Counted from the first letter of the stretch, positions 1 to 7,802 are shown. The stretch is DNA of 24,551 bases from a virus (IMGVR_UViG_3300032050_000779:1-24551), one strand, 5' to 3'. Translations and numbers: made by a program. Notes: generated from the sequence alone by a model not told the origin.

Positions 1-101
1 TCATTCTTTTTACCCCATTTCATAAAGCCTCTTTGAGAATCTTTCTCCTCTATTGGCAATTGATACTGCTTGCTGAATGACAAGCTGGTGATCTTACTCA
101 T
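1..101 (-). CDS. Portal protein, N-terminal 33 codons (runs off window)
   Basis: Not in the ORF track. ATG at 101 overlaps the end of the upstream ORF and reads MSKITSLSFSKQYQLPIEEKDSQRGFMKWGKKN with no stop to the edge. The WGxxN(D) N-terminus resembles portals of Bacteroidota phages, and no other portal is seen in the window. Confidence 0.6.
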   Translation of the reverse strand, partial: MSKITSLSFSKQYQLPIEEKDSQRGFMKWGKKN

Positions 102-462
102 ATATGTTATTTAATATTGTTGTCGAAAATTCATTTGATGGTGAGTCAATCTCATACACATGTGCTCTGCCCTCTTCACATAGATTGTCAGCAAGATCAG
201 GATCTAAATTACTGCTAGATGTCTGCTCAAATATTCTGTATGTGTAAAACCCAGCATATGGGAAAGTCACATCCACCAAATCTTCAATCACAAACTCATC
301 AAATCTTGATGTGCTTGTACTGATGTTTGGCAGAATGCAAGTCACAGATTCAAAGCTCTGCTCATGCGTAAACTCAAGGAGCCAATAAGGGGCTGTCAGA
401 GTCTGATATTCCGTTACTGTCACTATCAGTGTTGATGTCTGATATCTCTCGAGTCTTAACAT
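94..462 (-). CDS. Putative virion structural protein (head/neck-associated, beta-rich)
   Basis: 122-aa ORF in the morphogenesis block directly before the portal; A-rich leader AAAATAAAAATAATAA-ATG. Confidence 0.55.
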   Translation of the reverse strand: MLRLERYQTSTLIVTVTEYQTLTAPYWLLEFTHEQSFESVTCILPNISTSTSRFDEFVIEDLVDVTFPYAGFYTYRIFEQTSSSNLDPDLADNLCEEGRAHVYEIDSPSNEFSTTILNNIYE

Positions 463-613
463 TTATTATTTTTATTTTAGGCTCACTATTTACAAAGATA
501 TGCAAAAGTCCTAGTTTAATATATAACTCCTCGTTGCCCTCCTCAATCACAAAGTATCTATTCAATAGATTACTCTTGACTTTGGCTCCAATAAATTTCT
601 GATCTATTTTCAT
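374..613 (-). CDS. Hypothetical phage protein
   Basis: 79-aa ORF starting just after a terminator. Its C-terminal ~30 codons overlap 94..462 in another frame and look low-complexity. Confidence 0.5.
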   Translation of the reverse strand: MKIDQKFIGAKVKSNLLNRYFVIEEGNEELYIKLGLLHIFVNSEPKIKIINVKTREISDINTDSDSNGISDSDSPLLAP

Positions 614-627
614 GGCTCTAATTTAAT

Positions 628-661
628 AAAAAAAGGGAAAGGAATACTCATCCTCTCCCTT
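628..661 (-). terminator. Intrinsic terminator after capsid/tail-tube genes
   Basis: Minus strand AAGGGAGAGGA-TGAGTAT-TCCTTTCCCTT-TTTTT: 11-bp stem with one G-U pair, plus U tract. Confidence 0.85.
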
Positions 662-686
662 CTAGTATTTGGTTTGATTAGGTAGA

Positions 687-1220
687 TTAAACTACTGGAG
701 ACTGTTGAGTCAACAAAGTTGCTACAATACCAGGTGATACATCAGGCACTTCATTATTCTCAAGACCAGCCAAGACAATTGAATGTCCATTTCTGTCTGA
801 TTTGATAACACCTGAAGTATATTCTGATCCATCATTGATTTGTAGACCTTCATCAAGTCCTAATGCTACATAAGTACCATCAGCTTTCTCAACAATTGCT
901 ACCACTTCATTCTGTCCAAGTAAGTGAATCTCAGCACGAAGCTCCTTTGTATCTGATGCTAGGATCATGTTCAAAGATTGCTCATACCATAAAGTTCCAT
1001 TCTCTTTATTTACTCGGATAGGCGCAGTGTAGCTAGATAAATTTGATTTCAATTTGTACTGGAATACCTCACCAGTGACAGTCAATGTAGTTACTTCATT
1101 GCCAGTCAATGTTGGCCCAGTTGCAATTGATCCTATTGGGAACAAAATAACAGATTTGATACCACCTTTTCCATTGGTACATGTTCTGTCATTAAACCCA
1201 GTTGTCATATTACATGCCAT
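687..1220 (-). CDS. Putative major tail (tube) protein
   Basis: 177 aa following the major capsid gene; N-terminal MAC..TG...C....GGIK pattern and beta-rich composition as in Bacteroidota siphovirus tube proteins; co-terminated with the capsid gene. Confidence 0.6.
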   Translation of the reverse strand: MACNMTTGFNDRTCTNGKGGIKSVILFPIGSIATGPTLTGNEVTTLTVTGEVFQYKLKSNLSSYTAPIRVNKENGTLWYEQSLNMILASDTKELRAEIHLLGQNEVVAIVEKADGTYVALGLDEGLQINDGSEYTSGVIKSDRNGHSIVLAGLENNEVPDVSPGIVATLLTQQSPVV

Positions 1221-1242
1221 CTCTTCTGTATTTTTTAAGTTA

Positions 1243-1262
1243 GGGGAGACCTAAGCCTCCCC
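1243..1262 (-). promoter_or_regulatory. GC-rich intergenic stem-loop between capsid and tube genes
   Basis: Minus strand GGGGAGGC-TTAG-GTCTCCCC, 8-bp stem with no U tract; likely an mRNA stabiliser or attenuator. Confidence 0.65.
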
Positions 1263-1273
1263 ATATTTGTTAA

Positions 1274-2245
1274 TTAGTTAGGTGATCCAGTTCCGTTCCA
1301 AACTCCGATCTGATCCAAGAATGGTACTTGTACACCAGCTCTGAATTTAGATCTGATATAGATAACATCATCATCTTGAGAATACCAAAGATCGTAGTTA
1401 TCAAAGTCAGAAGATAAGTCAGTTCCGAATACAAAGTGAGATGCTTTCCCAGTGTAGATATTGTCAAGACCATTCAATCCTGGTACCTTAACAACTCGCA
1501 TATCTGTACCTGGTACAATGATCTCTTCCATTGTAGCAATTTGTGCTGGAGAATAGTGGAAGAAATTAAGGTCTACCAAGTTCTTCATCAAATAGTTGAA
1601 GTTCTCACGGCCAGCGAAACATACGAAATCAGCAGATTCTGCTACAGCTTCAGGTGTATTTGTAAAACACTCATAGAATACATCATAAGCGTTAGATGCA
1701 TCAATGCTTGCAGTTGCAGAAGTGTTAAGGTTTACAGCACCATTAGCAGTAGTCAAGAATTGACGGTATCCATTCATCCACTGAAGATTACCAGTACCAG
1801 TTGCTTTGTTACCTTTCCAAATCAATTTGTCTAACTCAAGTGCATGTAAGCTCAAAAGGTAGTTAGTGATTTGTGCTTCAAAAGGTAGTTCTTTGTCCTC
1901 AGCAGATGCACCTGGGCGCAAAGCCAATTGAGTCCAAAATCCAGCCAAATCTTTTTGACAGAATCTCTTCATGTATCCAAGAGTTTCAACAGCAATTGCA
2001 CGATCAGTGAATACTGTATCTCCAGCTGGTGTCATTTCGCAATCTCCAGCTTGGTAAGTCAAAGTATCATCTAACAATTTGATCTCTTCAGATCCTTTGA
2101 TACCTTCTTGAATTGTGATGTAACGTAAAGTCTTTGCTTCAGTTACTGATCTAGTGATTAGATCTTCTCTTTGCTCGTCTACATATGCTGCCAAACCTGA
2201 CACATCATAGTCGAATTTTTGCTTGATAAACTTTTTTAAGCTCAT
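1274..2245 (-). CDS. Major capsid protein (HK97 fold inferred)
   Basis: 323 aa after protease and scaffold; DKLIWKG..., NG(Y/F) and FVFGTDL motifs typical of Bacteroidota phage capsids. Confidence 0.85.
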   Translation of the reverse strand: MSLKKFIKQKFDYDVSGLAAYVDEQREDLITRSVTEAKTLRYITIQEGIKGSEEIKLLDDTLTYQAGDCEMTPAGDTVFTDRAIAVETLGYMKRFCQKDLAGFWTQLALRPGASAEDKELPFEAQITNYLLSLHALELDKLIWKGNKATGTGNLQWMNGYRQFLTTANGAVNLNTSATASIDASNAYDVFYECFTNTPEAVAESADFVCFAGRENFNYLMKNLVDLNFFHYSPAQIATMEEIIVPGTDMRVVKVPGLNGLDNIYTGKASHFVFGTDLSSDFDNYDLWYSQDDDVIYIRSKFRAGVQVPFLDQIGVWNGTGSPN

Positions 2246-2253
2246 TTTCTTTG

Positions 2254-2991
2254 TTATTTAATTTGTGATTTAAGGAATAATTGACGTGATGTCAATGTAC
2301 TATTTACTCTCGCGAATTTCTCGCCTTCAGTAGTGCTATTTGAAGGCATTGCTTTGAATGATTCAAAATCATTTTTCATTGCTGCCATCTCAGTGCGAAG
2401 AGTTTCATTATCTGAAGCAATAGTCTGCATCATTTCACCTATAGCTTCTACAGCTGTAGAGAATGATGACATCTTTGCATTCACAATTGATTCTACTTGC
2501 TCAGCACTCATTGATTCTTGTTTCATTTCTTCTGAATTGATAGCTGCAATGACTGCCGTAGCAATGTCATAGGCTTGCCCCATTTCAATGTTCAGTGTTG
2601 CTGCGATAACCTCTGTAGCTCTCTCTAGTGCTGCTGGCATCTCTTCAGTATCAATAGCTTCAAACTCATCAGAGCTTGCTGCTTGTTCTGTTGCTCTCTC
2701 ATCAATAACCTCTAACACTACACCATTGGCATCTGTTATGATCTTGATTCCAGTAAACTCACCACCTAATTCATGTGTGCCTTCCGGAGCTGGAATCTGC
2801 TCACCATCAGCAACAATAAATACAGTAGTTCCCACTGCTAGTTCACCCTCATATGATACAGCTGTACCATCTAGCAAAACTGCCTCACCAAATGCTTGAG
2901 CTTCTGTTGTTTCAGTAGCTTCAGCAGATGTTGAAAACATTGCTTTCATGTCAGCAATTGCATCCATTACTTTTTTGAAGTTCTCGTTCAT
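2254..2991 (-). CDS. Capsid scaffolding protein
   Basis: 245 aa, very acidic and Ala/Glu-rich, with LxDGT and PAPEGxHEL motifs and a C-terminal coiled coil; lies between protease and capsid. Confidence 0.75.
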   Translation of the reverse strand: MNENFKKVMDAIADMKAMFSTSAEATETTEAQAFGEAVLLDGTAVSYEGELAVGTTVFIVADGEQIPAPEGTHELGGEFTGIKIITDANGVVLEVIDERATEQAASSDEFEAIDTEEMPAALERATEVIAATLNIEMGQAYDIATAVIAAINSEEMKQESMSAEQVESIVNAKMSSFSTAVEAIGEMMQTIASDNETLRTEMAAMKNDFESFKAMPSNSTTEGEKFARVNSTLTSRQLFLKSQIK

Positions 2992-2998
2992 TTGTTTG

Positions 2999-3616
2999 TT
3001 ATTTAATTATACTATGTTTAATTGTTCCACTTAGATCATTCAATGCCTTGAATATCTGTGCCATCATCTCTGATTCAATAGTGCGATCTGTTGCTGTGAT
3101 CTGAAAATATCCCTCAACACTAAAGCCAGTAAACTTGCCCTCTTTAGCTTTCTCCCATACATCCTTATCAGTTACCTTGTAGCTGACAATCCAAGATCCA
3201 TCATTTGCATCATGGAATCTTTCAGGAGCTGTGAATCCTTTGTCATTATCTATCTGATAGCTATGGATCATGTAGATCCCATCAACTACATTGGATGAAT
3301 TGTGCTCAATATTTACATTGTTGAAGTTGCCTCTCCTTGCATAGTCATGAATGATGTCCTTGATAGCAGCCTTTGTGAACACCACATAATACTCTTCATT
3401 GCTGTCCTGATCATATCTATAGATAGGTGTATCAGCAGAGATAGCCACACCGGTGATTACTTGCTCCTCATCATTGAATTGAAATTTCTTAGCTTGTGAG
3501 AATGTTTGAAAACTTATCTCATGCGCTGGATCTCTCACTAGTGAATTAAATTCAACAGATGTCTCTGCTTCATTCAAGTCAATTGAGATTTCATATATAG
3601 GCAATTCCTTCATCAT
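2999..3616 (-). CDS. Prohead serine protease (XkdF/Peptidase S78-like)
   Basis: Motifs ADTPIYR, NIEH, GSWIVSYKV, WEKAKEGKFTGFSVEG. Start re-set to the ATG at 3616 (or 3613), because the ORF-track start at 3700 would overlap the + strand gene. Confidence 0.85.
   Translation of the reverse strand: MMKELPIYEISIDLNEAETSVEFNSLVRDPAHEISFQTFSQAKKFQFNDEEQVITGVAISADTPIYRYDQDSNEEYYVVFTKAAIKDIIHDYARRGNFNNVNIEHNSSNVVDGIYMIHSYQIDNDKGFTAPERFHDANDGSWIVSYKVTDKDVWEKAKEGKFTGFSVEGYFQITATDRTIESEMMAQIFKALNDLSGTIKHSIIK
3010..3028 (-). promoter_or_regulatory. Candidate phage late promoter motif, copy before scaffold/capsid
   Basis: GGAACAA-TTAA-ACATAGTA ending 18 nt upstream of the scaffold ATG (2991). Confidence 0.65.
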
Positions 3617-3622
3617 ATTAGA

Positions 3623-3641
3623 TAATATGTATTTTTGTTCC
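3623..3641 (-). promoter_or_regulatory. Candidate phage late promoter motif, copy before protease
   Basis: GGAACAA-AAAT-ACATATTA ending 6 nt upstream of the ATG at 3616. Confidence 0.65.
3630..3637 (+). promoter_or_regulatory. Bacteroidota -7 promoter element (TAnnTTTG) for the antisense gene
   Basis: TATTTTTG, 4 nt before the ATG at 3642; no clear -33 TTTG. Confidence 0.45.
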
Positions 3642-4283
3642 ATGATTCTAGTATACCCACATAAGCAAGGCAAGGAAGGCAGCACAATACAGCACTCCAT
3701 AAACTGGGCCTTAAAGAGATATCCTAATGCAGAAGTCTACATCATTGGTGATCATGTCAGAGGATATAATAATCTCATCCCTGATGCAAGGTCATCTGTC
3801 AGAGGATGTGATGTGACTCACAAGCTGTTGACATTTGCCAGGCACATTGGCGGCAAGTTCCTATACATGAATGATGATTTCTTTATTGGTCCCAAATTCA
3901 ATGAGGATACAGTGATATCAAATGGCAATCTGATGATCAATGACCTTCACGCACCCACATATCAGGAGGCTTGTCAAAATACTATGGATGTACTCAAAGC
4001 AATGGGATGCACCACAATAAACTTTGAATGTCATCAGCCAGTGATGATGGATAGTCAGAAGCTCATTGAATTGTTTGACTCAATATCTTGGGATGGCCAC
4101 AATCACTTTGTCAAATCACTCTATCTTAATTACTACCAGGTACCACATTCACCTGGACAAAATCTCAAGCTAGGCAGTGACACAAAAAAGGCCCAACAAT
4201 TGCTGGACCTATATGGCTCATTCTCATGCTCAGATCAGTGGATGAGAGGGAACACACAAGTTAAATTTCTTACCACACACTGA
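3642..4283 (+). CDS. Stealth-family-like sugar-1-phosphate transferase (GT-A-like fold)
   Basis: 213 aa from ATG 3642 (alternative start 3627). FLYMNDDFF matches the Stealth CR2 F(L/I)YxNDD motif; also LVYP, VYIIG and a later HQP. It is the only credible + strand gene and exactly fills the gap between tape measure and protease. Confidence 0.7.
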   Translation: MILVYPHKQGKEGSTIQHSINWALKRYPNAEVYIIGDHVRGYNNLIPDARSSVRGCDVTHKLLTFARHIGGKFLYMNDDFFIGPKFNEDTVISNGNLMINDLHAPTYQEACQNTMDVLKAMGCTTINFECHQPVMMDSQKLIELFDSISWDGHNHFVKSLYLNYYQVPHSPGQNLKLGSDTKKAQQLLDLYGSFSCSDQWMRGNTQVKFLTTH

Positions 4284-6750
4284 GCTTGTTCTGAATAGCC
4301 ACGTTATTCTGTGTGCCAGTGATGTCAGACTCTAAGACATACACTTGATTGATTCCAGCTGATTGCTGTGCAGCCAATCCAGTAAGATCAGTCTGCTGTG
4401 TATTTGTGTTAGCATTGGCACCACCTAACTCTGTGGCTGAAGCTCCAGCAGATACACCTCCACTAGTGTCAAATGTTGGCGCAGTTCCTGATTGATACTT
4501 TGTTGAAGCAATGGCAGCAATTTGTGTTGCACCAATCAAAGCAGCTGATGCAATCGCAGCAATACCAAACGGGGATGGCGGCGGCCCAAACTGAGCAATC
4601 CCCTTAACAATAGCTGATGCAGTATCTATAGCTGCTTGACCTATTCTCAGAATCTTATCACGTTCAAATTGTTTCTTTTTAATAGCCTCAAGTGCATTGA
4701 AATTTTTAAGCTCAATCTGATACTTTGCAGCTGCATAGTTTTTATCTATAGCTTTCCTTTGTTCAGCCGTTAAATTAGTATTCTCAAGTTCAGACTTGTG
4801 TTTAGCATCCAATGCAGACAGCTCATCATTGGCTCTAGTTTGCATGTTCTGCATTCTTGCATCTTCTAGTGAGCTGAAGGCATCATTTAACGCACTGAAT
4901 TGGTCAAAGATAAACTGAGCATTGTCCAGCTGTTTTTGAAGTCTTTCAGCTTGATATTTGTTCTGAATCTTACTGATCTCTTGTTGCTGCTGCTCTTCTA
5001 GTTTTGTAATATCAAGACCATATTGTTCAGCTCCAGCAATCAGCTTAAAGTATTTGTCTGTGACAGCTTGCTCTTCTGTTTGTTGAGCAGTCAATAAAGC
5101 TGCATTGTATTCATCAAAGAAAGCCTCTTCTGTTGCAATCTCTTCCCTTCTTAGAGCTTCTTTTCTGTTTTTTTCAGCTATCTCAAGATCTTTTTGTTCC
5201 TTAGCTCTGCGCTCTTCATTAGCTCTTTGAATGTCATCATATTTATTATCAATGTTATTCAACGAATCTCTTAAAGCTAGTCTTAAAGTAGTTGTATCAT
5301 ATCCGTTTTTCTCAGCGAGCTTAATTAACTCATTGTATTTTTTAGTCTCTGCAATAATCTCTTGATTTTTCAGTGATTCACCAGCTAATACATAGGCTTG
5401 TTCCACTTCTTGAATCTTAGCTAGATCTTGCTTTCTTTGCTCTCTTGCCTTATCAGCAGCAGCCTTTGCCTTATCAGCTTGGTCCTTCTGTACTTTCTCA
5501 GCATTCTCAGCTACCTTCTTAGCGTTATCTTGTACCTTCTTAACATTCTCAGCTGCATCAATTGCTCTCTGCTGCTTGATATCTGCATAGTAGTCTTTGG
5601 CTTGTTGGCCCAGCTTGACATATCTTTCTCTTGATGCAGTCAATTGCTCTCTGATCTTGGCAGCTTCATCCTCATTCCCTTGATCCAGCATCTGCTGATA
5701 TCTCTTCTGTAAGTTCTGGAATGCATACTGCTCTTTTACTCTTGCATCTTGGCGAGCCTTCGCTAGTATCTCAAGATTCTTGATCTCAGCCTTGGTGATC
5801 TCTTCATCAGTTGCACCAGCAGCCTTCATCAAAGCTATTCTGTTGCTAGTATATTTCTGCAATGCACTGAATGAATCATCAAGAGCTTTGCGGCCATTCT
5901 CAAGGCTCTTATTGAATTTCTCATTTGACTCAGCAGCTTCAGCACTATTGTCACCAAACGCAATGAAGGCTCCAGCTATAGCAGCTAGTGCAGCAATAAT
6001 CAAGAATATTGGATTGGCTTTCATCACAGCATTCAATGCTTTCATGGCCAATGTTCCCAAATTGGTAGCAACAGCAGCAGCTTTCTGTGCTGTGCTCATG
6101 GCTGTAGTGGCCACAGCATTACCAGTAGTGACTGCTGTATTCTCAACTATGAATGCATTCTGAATCTTCTGCGCTACATTTCTGAGCTGAATCCCTAGAA
6201 TAGCCTCCTTATTCAAGTTGTTCGCAACAGTGCTCACTGCATTCACCACACCTTGCACAGCTTGCAGCTTCACCATTGTCTGCACCAATTGCTCAGACTC
6301 TACACCAGTCAATGCAATAGCTGACTGAAAGCCCCCAAAGATAGCTGCTCCAGTATCAATCCCAGCTAATGTTGTATCCAGGCCTACAAAGTCAGAAGAA
6401 AGAGCTGTTGTTTGTGCCTTCAAATCACCTATCTCATCTTTCAATGCCGCAGCATTACGGATGGCATCTGCACCCACCGGTGACTCAACACCAGCTTGAG
6501 CTGCAATAGTCTGATACTGCTTCATGACTTGAGTCATCTCTCTCAAGCTCAATCCTCCAGCTTCAACTCTTGCATTCAGCTCCGCTAATTTCTCAGCAAA
6601 GGCATCTGTGCCAGCATCTGAGGCAGCAGTTTTCTGTGTTGCTTGCAGATCCTTATTCAGATTGTTGACTGCCTTGTCAAATGATTGTACATCTTGTACA
6701 CTGTTGCCAGTGTCAACCCGTAGTGAAAATACTGCTTCCTTATTTGCCAT
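4270..6750 (-). CDS. Tail tape measure protein
   Basis: About 826 aa (start MANKEAV at 6750), Ala/Gln/Lys-rich and helical, with a hydrophobic ANPIFLIIAALAAIAGAFIAF segment and C-terminal AQIAAIAS and VYVLESDIT motifs. Confidence 0.85.
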   Translation of the reverse strand: MANKEAVFSLRVDTGNSVQDVQSFDKAVNNLNKDLQATQKTAASDAGTDAFAEKLAELNARVEAGGLSLREMTQVMKQYQTIAAQAGVESPVGADAIRNAAALKDEIGDLKAQTTALSSDFVGLDTTLAGIDTGAAIFGGFQSAIALTGVESEQLVQTMVKLQAVQGVVNAVSTVANNLNKEAILGIQLRNVAQKIQNAFIVENTAVTTGNAVATTAMSTAQKAAAVATNLGTLAMKALNAVMKANPIFLIIAALAAIAGAFIAFGDNSAEAAESNEKFNKSLENGRKALDDSFSALQKYTSNRIALMKAAGATDEEITKAEIKNLEILAKARQDARVKEQYAFQNLQKRYQQMLDQGNEDEAAKIREQLTASRERYVKLGQQAKDYYADIKQQRAIDAAENVKKVQDNAKKVAENAEKVQKDQADKAKAAADKAREQRKQDLAKIQEVEQAYVLAGESLKNQEIIAETKKYNELIKLAEKNGYDTTTLRLALRDSLNNIDNKYDDIQRANEERRAKEQKDLEIAEKNRKEALRREEIATEEAFFDEYNAALLTAQQTEEQAVTDKYFKLIAGAEQYGLDITKLEEQQQQEISKIQNKYQAERLQKQLDNAQFIFDQFSALNDAFSSLEDARMQNMQTRANDELSALDAKHKSELENTNLTAEQRKAIDKNYAAAKYQIELKNFNALEAIKKKQFERDKILRIGQAAIDTASAIVKGIAQFGPPPSPFGIAAIASAALIGATQIAAIASTKYQSGTAPTFDTSGGVSAGASATELGGANANTNTQQTDLTGLAAQQSAGINQVYVLESDITGTQNNVAIQNKLSVW

Positions 6751-6760
6751 GTCTATATTC

Positions 6761-6785
6761 AAAAAAAGGCTAGTTGCCCAGCCTT
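6761..6785 (-). terminator. Intrinsic terminator directly upstream of tape measure
   Basis: Minus strand AAGGCTGG-GCAA-CTAGCC-TTTTTTT: stem, GNRA tetraloop and 7 U. Confidence 0.85.
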
Positions 6786-6805
6786 CATAAAGTTAATATT
6801 TTATT

Positions 6806-7063
6806 TTATTCCCCTGGAGGGAATGGTGGTGTAGGTTTAGGATTGTAAGGAATTAAATCCAAATCTTTAACCCATAGAAAATCTACGTTTGTGCAGAAGT
6901 TCATCTCCTCAGTTGAGATTATCCAATTATCATCCGCATCTTGAATTTCATTAAAATATGAATCATCGGTATATTGTTGCCCGTGAATTAATTCTTTTTG
7001 TTCAAACGTTAAAAGACCAACATATTTTAGTAAATCTTCTTTTGCAATATCAGATAGTTTCAT
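6806..7063 (-). CDS. Small tail-fibre-associated protein; chimeric gene (codons 1-40 supplied by the endonuclease cassette)
   Basis: 85 aa. ATGA overlap with the endonuclease stop. The first 40 aa align without gaps with the stub at 7674..7802. Confidence 0.8.
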   Translation of the reverse strand: MKLSDIAKEDLLKYVGLLTFEQKELIHGQQYTDDSYFNEIQDADDNWIISTEEMNFCTNVDFLWVKDLDLIPYNPKPTPPFPPGE

Positions 7064-7665
7064 ATTCTTTTATATTTTATAATATTTTTTTTCATTGCTC
7101 TAATAAATGTAGTAATATTCATTTCAGCATATTCAGCAGCTTCTTTTACACTAGCATAATAAACTCCAGTTTGTATATCTAAAACAGGTACACTAATCCA
7201 ATGATTAAAACCAACATAGTCTTTCATTTTTTCAGCTCTTTTAATGTATCCTTCTTTAGGTCTTTTAGTTCCTAATTTAGCCAATCTCATTTTTTCTTTT
7301 GTCTCAGGAGTATGCTTTTTACCTTTAAAAGGATTGTTTTCAATCATCCTTTTTCTTCTTATCTCAAGTTGCTCTTCTGTTGCTTTAACCCCCCAACATC
7401 CATCACCTCCATCAGTTATATTGACTAATAAACCACCATTTGTTTTTTTACCATATAAAGAAATAAATTCTTTTTCTTTTTCCTTTGCATCATCTATTGA
7501 TATATCATCAAAAATAATATCTACTCTATAATCTGTATGTTTTGCGATAGAATGCCAGTGCTTATTTCTTGTTTGCTTAGTATAACATCTTTCTTTATTG
7601 GAACCTATACCGATATAGAATGGTTCATTTTTATCTAATCTTATATGTCTATAAATGTATGCCAT
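7060..7665 (-). CDS. GIY-YIG homing endonuclease with NUMOD3 and C-terminal NUMOD1/IENR1-like HTH
   Basis: YIY-x10-YIG (AYIYRHIRLDKNEPFYIGIG), conserved R, EKEFI and NITDGGDG; NUMOD3 GKKHTPETKEKMR; YASVKEAAE helix-turn-helix. ATG at 7665 preferred over TTG at 7671. Confidence 0.9.
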   Translation of the reverse strand: MAYIYRHIRLDKNEPFYIGIGSNKERCYTKQTRNKHWHSIAKHTDYRVDIIFDDISIDDAKEKEKEFISLYGKKTNGGLLVNITDGGDGCWGVKATEEQLEIRRKRMIENNPFKGKKHTPETKEKMRLAKLGTKRPKEGYIKRAEKMKDYVGFNHWISVPVLDIQTGVYYASVKEAAEYAEMNITTFIRAMKKNIIKYKRI

Positions 7666-7668
7666 ATA

Positions 7669-7676
7669 CAAATTTA
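7669..7676 (-). promoter_or_regulatory. Bacteroidota -7 promoter element carried by the endonuclease cassette
   Basis: TAAATTTG, 3 nt before the endonuclease ATG; its TAA is also the stop codon of the truncated stub. Confidence 0.5.
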
Positions 7677-7802
7677 CAAAATAATAGGATTGAAGTAGCT
7701 ATCCTCAGTGTATTGCTGACCTACCAATTCATCTTTCTGTACCTCTGTAAGCAGTCCTACATAGTTAGGATATTCTGCTTGTGTTATGTCTGTTAGTTTC
7801 AT
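7674..7802 (-). pseudogene. Truncated original 5' half of the tail-fibre-associated gene (42 aa)
   Basis: Not in the ORF track. MKLTDITQAEYPNYVGLLTEVQKDELVGQQYTEDSYFNPIIL*, TAATG-coupled to the upstream fibre gene; 24 of 40 aa identical to 6806..7063. Confidence 0.85.

Larger units (their letters stand above)
6944..7682 (-). mobile_element. Free-standing homing endonuclease cassette with replacement 5' half of its target gene
   Basis: AT-rich 739-bp segment. Deleting it joins AAT CCT ATT (ending 7683) to CAA GAT GCG (starting 6943) and restores one in-frame 85-aa gene. Confidence 0.8.

Noticed and set aside
493-500. TATCTTTG -7 box on the minus strand upstream of 94..462
   Set aside because: It lies inside a coding region, has no -33 element and is expected by chance in AT-rich DNA; kept only as a possibility.
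3617-3700. N-terminal extension of the protease given in the ORF track (MECCIVLPSL...)
   Set aside because: It overlaps the plus-strand gene and the promoter motif; protease-like sequence begins at MKELPIYEI.
6944-7682. Group I intron or intein hosting the GIY-YIG endonuclease
   Set aside because: Only 17 nt of non-coding sequence flank the ORF, leaving no room for a ribozyme core. The stub ends in a stop codon and there are no intein terminal motifs.
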